From contig JBEKIG010000004.1 of NCBI GenBank assembly GCA_050011875.1, positions 65,589-129,588 on the forward strand: a stretch of 64,000 bases of DNA, given 5' to 3'. Source of the DNA: Nitrososphaeria archaeon. GTDB taxonomy: Archaea > Thermoproteota > Nitrososphaeria > JACIWG01. Positions 28,623-38,127 of this stretch are shown here, one piece after another. The stretch's first letter is position 1. Each line of letters begins with the position of its first letter. The position numbers and the translations under genes are program-made. The notes under the pieces were generated by a model. That model saw nothing but the letters and a program-made list of their open reading frames with translations, searched no databases and had not been told where the DNA came from.

Positions 28623-29615
28623 ATGAAGGCATTCGGTAAAATTAACGAAAAAGATTTGAGAAAATATGTATTACCAAATTTAGGTGTAAAAGATGAGAAT
28701 TTAGTAGAACCTGCGGATGTCGGTGTCGACTTTGCGGTGTTGCAGGGCACAAACCAATATATTATCGTCTCATCAGACCCGGTTACTGGCGTTAGAAAGA
28801 ACATAGGCTTATATGCGGTAAACGTAAACGCAAATGACGTTGCGACAAGTGGCAACAGACCAAGATTTATGGTGAACGTTATACTCCTAGCCAAGACTGA
28901 GAACGCTTCATCACTAGCTGAGATAACGAAAGAGATTGACAGGGCATGTAAGATTTTAGGCATTTCGGTTATAGGAGGCCATACTGAGACTACAAAAGGC
29001 ATTAAACAGACAATCCTTGTTATGACAGCCCTCACCTTTGCCAGCAGTTACGTTTCCTCAAAAAGAGCAAAGGAAGGGGACGTGATTTTGATGAGTAAAA
29101 CCGCTGGTCTAGAAGGCACCAGTATCTTAGCTCATGAATACAGGAAGAGCCTTAGTCGGTTAGGTGAAAAAACGATTGAAAACGCCTTGAAGATGGTTGG
29201 CCAAATAAGCATCGTAAACGAGGCTGAAGCAGCTTTCAAAACAGGTTACGTACACGCAATGCATGACCCCACAGAAGGCGGTGTCCTAGGAGGCGTGTAT
29301 GAAATGAGTGTAGCTTCGAAGCTGGGATTTATCATAGACAAAAATCTGATCCCAGTCGCACAAGAAACAAAGAAGATAAGTAAAGCCCTGCAGATCGATC
29401 CTTTAAAGCTGATCAGTTCAGGGGTCCTACTTCTAGCCGTCGATCCAAAGGGGAAGGAATATGTTATCGAAGCGTTGAAGGACAAGGGAGTAGAGGTCAA
29501 TGAAATAGGGAATTTCATGATAGGTGAAAGATCTCTTTTGTCAAATGGAAGGAGGTTGTTGGTTAAGGAGAGCCCCATCGACGAACTTTGGAGGATAAAG
29601 AGGAAGGATTTATAG
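28623..29615 (+). CDS. AIR synthase-related (PurM-like superfamily) protein, HypE/ThiL/COG2144-like
   Basis: PurM-like N-terminal domain with the NDVATSG motif and a C-terminal PurM-C-like domain; 330 aa. Confidence 0.55.
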   Translation: MKAFGKINEKDLRKYVLPNLGVKDENLVEPADVGVDFAVLQGTNQYIIVSSDPVTGVRKNIGLYAVNVNANDVATSGNRPRFMVNVILLAKTENASSLAEITKEIDRACKILGISVIGGHTETTKGIKQTILVMTALTFASSYVSSKRAKEGDVILMSKTAGLEGTSILAHEYRKSLSRLGEKTIENALKMVGQISIVNEAEAAFKTGYVHAMHDPTEGGVLGGVYEMSVASKLGFIIDKNLIPVAQETKKISKALQIDPLKLISSGVLLLAVDPKGKEYVIEALKDKGVEVNEIGNFMIGERSLLSNGRRLLVKESPIDELWRIKRKDL

Positions 29616-30392
29616 GCCCAAGCGTCTGCTTCTTTGCTGATAGATTCTAATCGCTCTCATTAGGTCTATCTTCCTAAAGTCAGGCCAGTAGGCGTCAAAG
29701 AATACAAGTTCACTGTATGCACTCTGCCACAAAAGGAAACCGCTGAGACGCTCCTCACCCGAAGTTCTTATGATAAGATCTGGTTCAGGGTTCGGTAGAT
29801 GTGAAGTATAGAGTGAGTTCCCCACTATTTCATTATCTATTTCTTCCACCTTCAGCTTCGAACTTGCAACATCTTCGGCAATATTCTTCACCATGTCAAT
29901 AATTTCTTGTCTTCCACCATAGGCTATAGCTATGTTAAAGAAGAAGCCGTCAAAATTGCTTGTTGAGTCTTCGATTTCTTTAATTAATTTCTGGAGAGTT
30001 TCAGGAAGAAGTGAGAGTTTTCCGATAAATTTAATTTTGACCTTTTTCTCTTGGAAATCCTTGATCTCTATCATCCTCTTGACATATTCTTCCATTAAAC
30101 TGAGTATATGCGAAACTTCCTCTGAAGACCGCTTCAGGTTTTCTGTAGATAAAACGTAAAGCGTTATAGTTTTTATCCCTAAAGCTGCAGCCCAATCAAG
30201 AGATTCCTCAGCCACTTTAGCTCCGAAATTGTGCCCCAAGTTTGTCGTTAAATGCTTTTGTTTAGCCCATCTCCTGTTGCCGTCCAAGATGATGCCGACG
30301 TGAGATGGAATAGGTTTCCCTCTGATCTGCCGACTAAGCCAATATTCATAGATTTTATAGGCCCCTAAAACCTCCAAGGTTTTTTTAAGCAT
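29610..30392 (-). CDS. uppS: cis-Prenyltransferase (undecaprenyl/dolichyl-type di-trans,poly-cis polyprenyl diphosphate synthase)
   Basis: HVGIILDGNRRWAK motif. Confidence 0.9.
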   Translation of the reverse strand: MLKKTLEVLGAYKIYEYWLSRQIRGKPIPSHVGIILDGNRRWAKQKHLTTNLGHNFGAKVAEESLDWAAALGIKTITLYVLSTENLKRSSEEVSHILSLMEEYVKRMIEIKDFQEKKVKIKFIGKLSLLPETLQKLIKEIEDSTSNFDGFFFNIAIAYGGRQEIIDMVKNIAEDVASSKLKVEEIDNEIVGNSLYTSHLPNPEPDLIIRTSGEERLSGFLLWQSAYSELVFFDAYWPDFRKIDLMRAIRIYQQRSRRLGL

Positions 30393-30404
30393 AACTCATG
30401 CACC

Positions 30405-31517
30405 CTATTTATCTTTCCTTCTCACTATTTTTAAGTAAGCGAACGATAACAATAAAAATAATAAGGAAAGACCTATTAGAAGTTGTGAAACTATCGAGAA
30501 TGGGTTCTTGTTAGGACCTATAAGGATTTGAGAAAGCTCGATTAACGGGAAGTATAATAGCACCAACATCACAATACCTACAGTGTATCTGAAGGCCCTG
30601 TAGAGACTTTCCCTAATGAAGGTGTAGAGAATGTTTCCGGCATAGTATATGCCAACTCCTATCCAAACGAATAGGAGAGAATTCTCTATCATTATGCCAG
30701 ACAAGAATGAGAGGTAATCAAGTAGCTTTGAAGGATCACCGGCAACGATCTTGAACTCTTCAGTAACACTGAGTCCTACGAAACCTCTATAAAAACCTAC
30801 TACACACAACAGAATCATACTAAGTACAGAAAAGACCCTGATGTAGCTTGATGGATTAAGCTTTCTAACGTTTCCGAGAAGCGTGTCAACTCCGAAGCCT
30901 CTGATTATTAGAAGGACGCCAAGAAAGAAAAGTGCACCTATCACCGCTTGGTTCACAAACCCCATTAGAACGAGGCCCGCAAACATCAGCAAGAAGAGCC
31001 CTGGGAAACCAAGAAAATACTTTGAATATCGGGGGTCAAACACAACCATCTTAAGATATTTGCCTAGTACCGCGTAAGATTCTTCGACTCTTCCACTGTG
31101 TTTTATAATTACTCTTCTGATAGAAAAAATCGGTATAATAGTTTGAAGTATAGGAATGAGGGTTTCATCCTCGAAACCATCACTTACGAAGATTATGCCT
31201 TCTGCCGGAAATCTTTCTCTTACCTGCATAAGCTCTTGTCGGATTTTTGTATCAGATTCAACTCCTCCTCCAAAGGTGCCGGTGATAACCGAAACCTCCA
31301 CATCATGACCTTGGAGCTTGAGCATATCATGTTCTTTTATCGCGGCGAAGATCGCGTTCGCGTCAGCTTCTTCGGGATCAGACAGCGCAAGTGCTTCAGC
31401 AGCATTGAGACATGCAGCCCTCCCGATGAGAGGGGAGGCGATCTGGGTTTTCTCGTACAGATCGTTGTCCCTATCAACGCATAATACAAGAAGCTTTGCT
31501 TGCGCTGCGCTAATCAT
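30405..31517 (-). CDS. Conserved archaeal membrane protein (DUF373-like): N-terminal soluble domain plus a multi-TM C-terminal region
   Basis: ~140-aa soluble N-terminus followed by 6 or more TM helices. Confidence 0.4.
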   Translation of the reverse strand: MISAAQAKLLVLCVDRDNDLYEKTQIASPLIGRAACLNAAEALALSDPEEADANAIFAAIKEHDMLKLQGHDVEVSVITGTFGGGVESDTKIRQELMQVRERFPAEGIIFVSDGFEDETLIPILQTIIPIFSIRRVIIKHSGRVEESYAVLGKYLKMVVFDPRYSKYFLGFPGLFLLMFAGLVLMGFVNQAVIGALFFLGVLLIIRGFGVDTLLGNVRKLNPSSYIRVFSVLSMILLCVVGFYRGFVGLSVTEEFKIVAGDPSKLLDYLSFLSGIMIENSLLFVWIGVGIYYAGNILYTFIRESLYRAFRYTVGIVMLVLLYFPLIELSQILIGPNKNPFSIVSQLLIGLSLLFLLLSFAYLKIVRRKDK

Positions 31518-31604
31518 CTAATACACATAGAATATGATAAATTAAAAACTTTGCATTTTCTATTAAAACATTATGTGCAGACCAACTGACTGCTTTTGGC
31601 TACA

Positions 31605-32150
31605 CTAATATTCGATACCCTTTCGGGATTTAACACCCTGGTAAAACGGATGTCGAATAGCGTTAATGAATACGACATATTCTGCAGCGTCATATAATTC
31701 CTTTGGCGCATTTCTTCCAGTCAAAACCAGTTCAATATTTTTTGGTTTTGATCCTACAAGTTCAAGGACCTCCTCTTTTTTTAATAATCCGAATTCGATC
31801 GCGACGTTGACTTCATCTAAAATTAAAAGATCAACATCTCCTGATGATATAACTTCCTTTGCGAACTTTAATCCCTTCTCTGCAACAAGTCTGTCCTTGG
31901 ACGAATACTTTCCCTTCTTAAGAAAGGGACCTGTACCAAATTGTTTAACCGTCACATTCTTGCACCTTTTAAGGAAGAACAATTCACCATATCTTTCTCC
32001 TGTTCGATCGCTTTTCATAAACTGTACTAGGCAAACTCTTAATCCGTTACCAAGAGCTCTAACTGCGAGACCTATCGCAGAAGTAGTTTTACCGGGCCCG
32101 TCTCCGGTTACTAGGTGAACATAGCCCTTTCTTAATCGGCGTCTCTTCAT
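31605..32150 (-). CDS. cobA: Cob(I)yrinic acid a,c-diamide adenosyltransferase (CobA/CobO/BtuR family)
   Basis: GDGPGKTTSAIGLAVRALGNG...VQFMK matches the CobO signature; 181 aa. Confidence 0.8.
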   Translation of the reverse strand: MKRRRLRKGYVHLVTGDGPGKTTSAIGLAVRALGNGLRVCLVQFMKSDRTGERYGELFFLKRCKNVTVKQFGTGPFLKKGKYSSKDRLVAEKGLKFAKEVISSGDVDLLILDEVNVAIEFGLLKKEEVLELVGSKPKNIELVLTGRNAPKELYDAAEYVVFINAIRHPFYQGVKSRKGIEY

Positions 32151-32208
32151 TGTATTAGGAGATGCTACAGATTAGAATATTAATCTTTGGCCGTTTAAGT
32201 AAAAACTA

Positions 32209-33108
32209 CTACTCCTCTTCGCCGTACAACAGTTGAAGCTCTTGAAAGGTTAGTCCTTCTCCCTTTTCAAATTTCTTTTTCAACTCCTCCCTAATTATAG
32301 CTTTTCTCCTTTCAAGACCCCTTTGATAATGATTACTCTCCTTTTCTCTTATCTTGCTAATCACAATCTTCTTTTGAGATAGCAGATTGTTTATTTCTGA
32401 TTGGGCACTTTCGATTTCGGTCTGGAGAGTTGTAATCTTCTCGAATGACGTGTTCTGCTCTTTTACCGAAGAGTTCAGTGTTTCTCTGGCTTGCTTAATT
32501 TCTTCCTTAAGATTTTCCAGCTTAGCCCTAGTCAAATCTAGTTCTTCGTTTATGTCATCTATCTGCTCACTCTTCTCCTCTATAGCCTTTTTCAGGTTCC
32601 TTATTCCTTCGTCTTTTTCAAAAACTTTCTTCTTGCCAGCAAGCTCCCTTCTCACTTTGTTTGCCTCATCCACGTACTTAAGCTCAAGACCCTTAGCTTT
32701 AGGCTCTGTCTGCAACTTCCATTCTATGCTTCCTAATTTTTTCTCCAATCCGTTTATCTCCTCAAGGCTAGGTCTTCTAGTTGTACCCTTTAGTGGTGTG
32801 AGTTTCTTGTTCAAGGATGAACGTCCTTCCGTGTTTTCTAAAATTAATTTCCGTTTCAATTCGATGAGCTCATTGAAGCGTTTGTCTAGGGTTTCTCTAG
32901 TTGAATAAAGGTCGTTTATTTTCTTCTTCTGCGCCCAAATCGTGCTTCTAAGAGACTCAACCTTATTTCTCATGGTATTAAACTCGTTAATAAGATCCCT
33001 TTTCTTATTGAAGAGGACTTGAATGTTCTCGCTTAATTCGACAATTTCTGTTGCAGGCTCCAATTTACTCGTTCGCCTAGACCAACCCAACATACATAAA
33101 TAAATCAT
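32209..33108 (-). CDS. Coiled-coil protein (K/E-rich)
   Basis: Long heptad-like K/E/L-rich sequence. The track start at 33270 overlaps the upstream GTPase, so an internal Met at ~33108 or 33093 is the more likely start. Confidence 0.45.
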   Translation of the reverse strand: MIYLCMLGWSRRTSKLEPATEIVELSENIQVLFNKKRDLINEFNTMRNKVESLRSTIWAQKKKINDLYSTRETLDKRFNELIELKRKLILENTEGRSSLNKKLTPLKGTTRRPSLEEINGLEKKLGSIEWKLQTEPKAKGLELKYVDEANKVRRELAGKKKVFEKDEGIRNLKKAIEEKSEQIDDINEELDLTRAKLENLKEEIKQARETLNSSVKEQNTSFEKITTLQTEIESAQSEINNLLSQKKIVISKIREKESNHYQRGLERRKAIIREELKKKFEKGEGLTFQELQLLYGEEE

Positions 33109-33197
33109 TTGTTTTTTAGGGACGTTCAGGTTGCAGATTGCTCTTGATATGAGCTGTTTTTGCAAAAAGGGTAAAACATACTTTCCTATGGTCAAAG

Positions 33198-33956
33198 TTA
33201 TTCGATAAACTCTTCTCCACCTCTCAAAATGTTGGATATAGCTGATGCAAGATTGAGCATCCCGTTCCATGTTACTGATGATATAGGGATTGGAGCAGGA
33301 ATAAGAGATAGTTTTGAAAAAGCCTTGAGTATTTCGTTCCCTATCAGATATCTTTCGCTGTTTTTTTCATTGGACATGTCTTCTTCTAGCAATTTACTGT
33401 TGGCGCACCAGCCCATTATTTTTCTTGTTAGAATCTTACTCAAATCCGTTTTTGTCAGAACAGAGAGTTGGGGGAGGTTAAGTCTAAGCTTCAACGAGTT
33501 ATACAAAAGAGCCGTGGAAAGAAAGTTAAACGGGGATGAAGCGATAGTAAAGTCGAATAGGAACAGCACAACCTTGTTTTCTCCACCTAAGTTGTTCACA
33601 ACGTACGGCCCACTTTCTCGGAAAGCGAAGAGTTCAAGTTGGCCAGGTGTGTCAACTACAATGTAGTCAGCTTTCTGCTCCTCCAGCTCTTCTTTTATAT
33701 TATTCAGACTTACAGCTATCATGTCTGAGGCTGCAACAAGGGCACCATTTGGCCCAAGCCCGTATTCTTCCATAACTTTCTGGACACTAATATAGTCTCT
33801 GATGTCGACATCCGGTTCATAAGGCAACTTTAATACGCCTGGATCTAGGTTTAAGGTTATGACGTCTGCTTCACGTTCCTGATACCATTTCTTTAACACC
33901 GAAGTCAAAGTAGATTTTCCAGAGCCAGCTGTCCCAGTCAAGAATATTAGGTACAT
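33198..33956 (-). CDS. GPN-loop GTPase (XAB1/Npa3/PAB0955 family)
   Basis: P-loop GTAGSGKST and the diagnostic GLGPNGA (GPN) motif. Confidence 0.85.
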   Translation of the reverse strand: MYLIFLTGTAGSGKSTLTSVLKKWYQEREADVITLNLDPGVLKLPYEPDVDIRDYISVQKVMEEYGLGPNGALVAASDMIAVSLNNIKEELEEQKADYIVVDTPGQLELFAFRESGPYVVNNLGGENKVVLFLFDFTIASSPFNFLSTALLYNSLKLRLNLPQLSVLTKTDLSKILTRKIMGWCANSKLLEEDMSNEKNSERYLIGNEILKAFSKLSLIPAPIPISSVTWNGMLNLASAISNILRGGEEFIE

Positions 33957-34025
33957 CTAACTATATGGTACAAATTGTTTGTTATTAATTCTTAGGGTCA
34001 TCGCCTTCTAAAATCTTAAGACAAC

Positions 34026-34793
34026 TTATGATCTAATATATTGTTGAAAGCGGTCAGATATTATCTTCGCTGCTTCTTTAACGTGGTCAACCGCCTTATC
34101 CGATAAAACGTCATAGACATAAATGTGTAGAATAATATAATATTTCCCCCCTCGCAGCCTAGGATGGGATTTTACGTAGATGTCCTTATACTTTGAAGCT
34201 ATTTCTTTGATGCTTTGCGCAAGTCCAGATTCCCCTATACCATCCATAATGATCTTCTTTTGATAATATCTTCCAAGATTTGGCAGAACTTTTGGGACGT
34301 AGTTTTTTATCATACCTTTCATTTCTATTGGTACACCCGGCATCACAAATATTCTCAAGCCGTCACTGATGATATCAGAACCCGGTGCCGCTCCTTTCTC
34401 GTTCGGTATTATAATGCAACCCTTAGGTAGAACCGCCATTTTCCTTGAAGCTTCATTGAATAAATGTCCCCTTGCCGCTGCCCTAGCTTTGAGTTTCAGA
34501 ACTATTTCTTCATCGACGTAGAGTTCGAGGTTCAGGGCTTTAGCTACGCTCTCAATAGTGATATCGTCGTATGTAGGTCCTAGGCCCCCGGTTGTAAACA
34601 AGTAGTTTACATTCTCCCTTTTAGCTTCTAAGATTACATCCGCGATTGCTTTACAATCATCCCTTACACATATTATCCGATCTACAAAATATCCTTTCCT
34701 TCTCAGGAACTTCGCTATGTACGACGCGTTAGTGTTCACGACGTCTCCAATTAACAGTTCATTTCCTATGCCGATTATTCTACAAACACTCAT
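34026..34793 (-). CDS. Molybdopterin-binding (MoCF_biosynth) domain protein, CinA N-terminal-like
   Basis: IIGIGNELLIGDVVNTNASYIA and GGLGPTYDD motifs. Confidence 0.7.
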   Translation of the reverse strand: MSVCRIIGIGNELLIGDVVNTNASYIAKFLRRKGYFVDRIICVRDDCKAIADVILEAKRENVNYLFTTGGLGPTYDDITIESVAKALNLELYVDEEIVLKLKARAAARGHLFNEASRKMAVLPKGCIIIPNEKGAAPGSDIISDGLRIFVMPGVPIEMKGMIKNYVPKVLPNLGRYYQKKIIMDGIGESGLAQSIKEIASKYKDIYVKSHPRLRGGKYYIILHIYVYDVLSDKAVDHVKEAAKIISDRFQQYIRS

Positions 34794-34817
34794 TTCTTTT
34801 ATCCCTTCTACACGAAA

Positions 34818-35045
34818 TTATTTCTTTGAGAGCCACCAACTCAAGACTTCATTTTGTCGTCTTTTCTTCTTATCTTTATCAGAATCTTCACGTGCTTTGT
34901 CCCGTAGATCTTGGAGTTGCTCCTTTGTGGCGTAAAGACCACACGATTTACAAAGATACTTCTTCGTCGAGACTTCATAAGTTAATATTGCCCCGCATTC
35001 AGGGCATCTTTCAACCAAATCCCACCTACACCAAATAAACCTCAA
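34818..35045 (-). CDS. Small zinc-ribbon protein with a basic C-terminal tail
   Basis: CPECG...CKSCG followed by a K/R/D-rich tail; 75 aa. Confidence 0.45.
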   Translation of the reverse strand: MRFIWCRWDLVERCPECGAILTYEVSTKKYLCKSCGLYATKEQLQDLRDKAREDSDKDKKKRRQNEVLSWWLSKK

Positions 35046-35111
35046 TCCAACCTGTTAAAAAAGGTTGATTATTTTTATATAACCTAAACATAAAAAATTT
35101 CAGAAGCATCT

Positions 35112-36227
35112 ATGGAAATCTTCAGGCCAGACTCGAAGACCGTCTGGAACGATAAGGATGTAGAGCATAGGCTTTCTTGGTACCGTAAAGTGATGACCGG
35201 AGAGTCGCCTCCAAAGTTCCTTTTATGTAAGATGATTTCCGCAGAAAATCCGGAAGGTCTCAAAGAAGAAGAACTCTGGGCCATTCATGAAAGGTTACAA
35301 AATGATTTCCAGAAAATATTTGAAGATGTTATCGACGGAAAGGAGAAGTTATCAAGTCTTAAGATTGTTAAACCTAACTATCTGGATGTTAAGGGTTCTC
35401 TAGCAGAAAAGATGACTGAAAAGTGCACTTTTTGTGAAAAGGCTTGCGGGGTCAACAGGAAAAAGGGTGAAAAAGGATCATGCAGAGTAGGATTTAGAAC
35501 CAAGGTTTCAACTTGGTTCAATCATTTTGGCGAAGAAGCGCCATTGATTGGCGAAGGCGGATCCGGCACTATATTCTTTTCTGGATGCAACTTTGGTCCA
35601 TGTGTTTACTGCCAGAACTGGGATATCTCCGTTGACCCTGAAAATGGAGTCGACGTTTCACACGAGACCCTAGCGCTGGTCTCTAGGAAGCTGGCAATGG
35701 ACGGCGCCGCAAATGTAAACTACGTCGGCGGTGAACCAACTCCCAACCTACACACCATCCTTCTCTCACTGCGATATTTGGATGTGAATATAGCGCAGCT
35801 ATGGAACAGCAACATGTACTGCTCCATCAGCACAATGAAGCTCCTATCCGACGTCATTGATATATGGCTTCCAGACTTTAAGTACGGCAACGACGCGTGT
35901 GCAGAGAAGCTTTCAAAGGTTAACCGATATTTTGAAGTTGTCTCAAGAAATCACAAAATCGCCCACGATAGCGGAAGCATCCTGATAAGACATCTTGTTC
36001 TACCAGGACATGTCGACTGCTGTACAAAACCAATTTTGGATTGGATATCTAGGAACCTTCCTAACGCATTAGTGAATATAATGGGACAATATCACCCAGA
36101 CTACCTCGTATCGGATAATCCGAACAAGTATAAGTCCATCTCTCTGAAAGTATCTGACGAAGAGATGGATCAGGCTTATGCCTATGCTGAAAATCTTAAT
36201 TTAGTTTATAAACCGGTTTCAGGGTAA
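35112..36227 (+). CDS. Radical SAM enzyme of the pyruvate formate-lyase activating enzyme-like clade (AmmeMemoRadiSam-like), with non-canonical Cx4Cx2C spacing
   Basis: N-terminal CTFCEKACGVNRKKGEKGSCRVG cluster; GCNFGPCVYCQN (one extra residue compared with CxxxCxxC); VGGEPT motif. Confidence 0.7.
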   Translation: MEIFRPDSKTVWNDKDVEHRLSWYRKVMTGESPPKFLLCKMISAENPEGLKEEELWAIHERLQNDFQKIFEDVIDGKEKLSSLKIVKPNYLDVKGSLAEKMTEKCTFCEKACGVNRKKGEKGSCRVGFRTKVSTWFNHFGEEAPLIGEGGSGTIFFSGCNFGPCVYCQNWDISVDPENGVDVSHETLALVSRKLAMDGAANVNYVGGEPTPNLHTILLSLRYLDVNIAQLWNSNMYCSISTMKLLSDVIDIWLPDFKYGNDACAEKLSKVNRYFEVVSRNHKIAHDSGSILIRHLVLPGHVDCCTKPILDWISRNLPNALVNIMGQYHPDYLVSDNPNKYKSISLKVSDEEMDQAYAYAENLNLVYKPVSG

Positions 36228-36356
36228 ATATTTTTTTATGACGGGTGATCATCCAGATTCAAAGAACATCAACATAATCAGATATCAATTTATTGGGATT
36301 ATGTTATAAACACAACCAAGGCATCTTAATAGATTTGATAAATAATTGTGTTCACA

Positions 36357-37934
36357 TTATTCTATTTTACATTCATTATTTGCCAGTAGCGCCCAGCTGA
36401 ACTTTTCTCTTAGACTTTTAGAGTAGATACGCTCTATAGGTACTTTATTTTTTTTAGCGTATTCGGTAACCAGTCTCGGATCTATATAGGATGTCAGAGA
36501 TGTGCTTAGATTCCATTCCGAAGCATCCTTATAGAGTTGATATTCCAACGAAGTTTTTCGTGCAGACTGCTTAATCTTCTCAATCTTCTTTTCCATCTTC
36601 TCTTTTTCTTTTCCGCCAGCTTTATCCAGTTTAGCTAAGAGACCTATGTATTCGGTCTTTTTTCTCTCCATCTTTTCTTCTTTCTTCTTAAGTTTCTCTT
36701 CGAACTTATCCGGTAGCTTCCTTTTATGGTTCAGTTTCTTGGCTACAGCTAAGTTAACATATCTAAAACGAATCGTACTTTCAAATTCACCTTTATTGAA
36801 ACTCTGCCGAGTTCCATCGATAGCATTTTTGAGAGTGATTCCTGCTATCATTGTCCTAAAAGTCTTAGCTGAGACATCTGGGACAACTTCTTGCAGAAAT
36901 TTCGCGACCTTTTGGGAGTTCATTCCGTCAAATATCAGACCCTTCCCAGCATTGTTTTTGAATCTTTGAATGTTTTTGACGATCATGTTTGGAAGTACAA
37001 GCTCTCTCTGCCAATGCACATAATCTTTTCCAACAAAGTCAAGTAAAACCCTGTTGCCATCGATCTTTAGGTTGTCAGCCTTTAGAGTTGTGCAGCCGAC
37101 CGTCCCCATTTCTCCCGCGATCTTTTCATCACCTACCCTCATACCCGATTCTTTTATCAGGTGAACTACCGTAGCTACTTTCTTCCTATTCTCATCTTTT
37201 TGGTTAAAACTATCTCTGATATTCCTCTCAACCTCTTTAATCTTAGACTTTAACTCAATAGCCTTATCCCATTTCTTTATCTCCCTTTTCTGTCTGATGC
37301 TGCTGCTGGGAGAGAACCAGACGTACTTCATCTTACTATTTAGAGGATTCCTCCAGCATGCGATCCACATGCAGCTGCTCCTCCAGACGATTTCTTTCCA
37401 TCCTTTATCTAGTCCCTCGGGTTTTTCGCTTAAATTCAATGTTATATCCTCTCGCTTTATCTCCTTCTTCCATCTTCCCCTCAAAGGATTTCTTCCCTTA
37501 GAAGTGAAGAGGCCTGGAGGTTCAACTATCCAATTCTGTAAAACAATTCTTTTACCATCCACTATCGCATAGCCAAACTTTTCTTTCAGCGCATCCCTAA
37601 TCTTTTTCCGTTCATCCGCTGTTCTTTTCTTTTCTTCCCTTGTCAAAATCTCCTTCCTCTTCTTCTCGCGTTCAAGATAACCTGTTATATCAGTCCAATC
37701 GAAATCTTCGACCTTACAGGAACCTGCTATTCCCAACTTTTTAGCGAAGTCTTCAAAGAAGTTGGACACAAATAGTTGGTCATTAGCGTAGCTTGTACCA
37801 AACTTCTTAGCGAAGGCAACCGCCATCTGTTCAGCCTCCGAATCCAGCATAATAACCTGCCCTTTGTGCTTTAGTTTCAGTCCGAGTGGGAAGTGCGTTG
37901 GGACATATACGCCATGATGGATTAATTGTTTCAC
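36357..37934 (-). CDS. DNA topoisomerase IB (eukaryote-like type IB)
   Basis: Topo IB core plus the C-terminal active-site Tyr motif STSLTSYIDPR (compare eukaryotic SKxNYxDPR); 525 aa. Confidence 0.8.
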   Translation of the reverse strand: MKQLIHHGVYVPTHFPLGLKLKHKGQVIMLDSEAEQMAVAFAKKFGTSYANDQLFVSNFFEDFAKKLGIAGSCKVEDFDWTDITGYLEREKKRKEILTREEKKRTADERKKIRDALKEKFGYAIVDGKRIVLQNWIVEPPGLFTSKGRNPLRGRWKKEIKREDITLNLSEKPEGLDKGWKEIVWRSSCMWIACWRNPLNSKMKYVWFSPSSSIRQKREIKKWDKAIELKSKIKEVERNIRDSFNQKDENRKKVATVVHLIKESGMRVGDEKIAGEMGTVGCTTLKADNLKIDGNRVLLDFVGKDYVHWQRELVLPNMIVKNIQRFKNNAGKGLIFDGMNSQKVAKFLQEVVPDVSAKTFRTMIAGITLKNAIDGTRQSFNKGEFESTIRFRYVNLAVAKKLNHKRKLPDKFEEKLKKKEEKMERKKTEYIGLLAKLDKAGGKEKEKMEKKIEKIKQSARKTSLEYQLYKDASEWNLSTSLTSYIDPRLVTEYAKKNKVPIERIYSKSLREKFSWALLANNECKIE

Positions 37935-38127
37935 GTCATCAAAGCCATCAGTGAGGACTTTAAAAATCTAACTGATTTTCCAAAAAAGGTAAGAGTAGGT
38001 TTCAGTGCTATTGGATAGTCATTTTTGGGAAATAATTATTTAACAACCACACCATATTTATAAGAAGTATTAGCTGATAGGCCGAAGCTTAGCTGTGCAG
38101 AACTTCATTTGCTCCGCTTTTTATATT

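Noticed and set aside
32209-33270. Full-length 353-aa version of the coiled-coil ORF
   Set aside because: The first 54 codons overlap the GPN-loop GTPase coding region. An internal Met gives a non-overlapping, more plausible gene.
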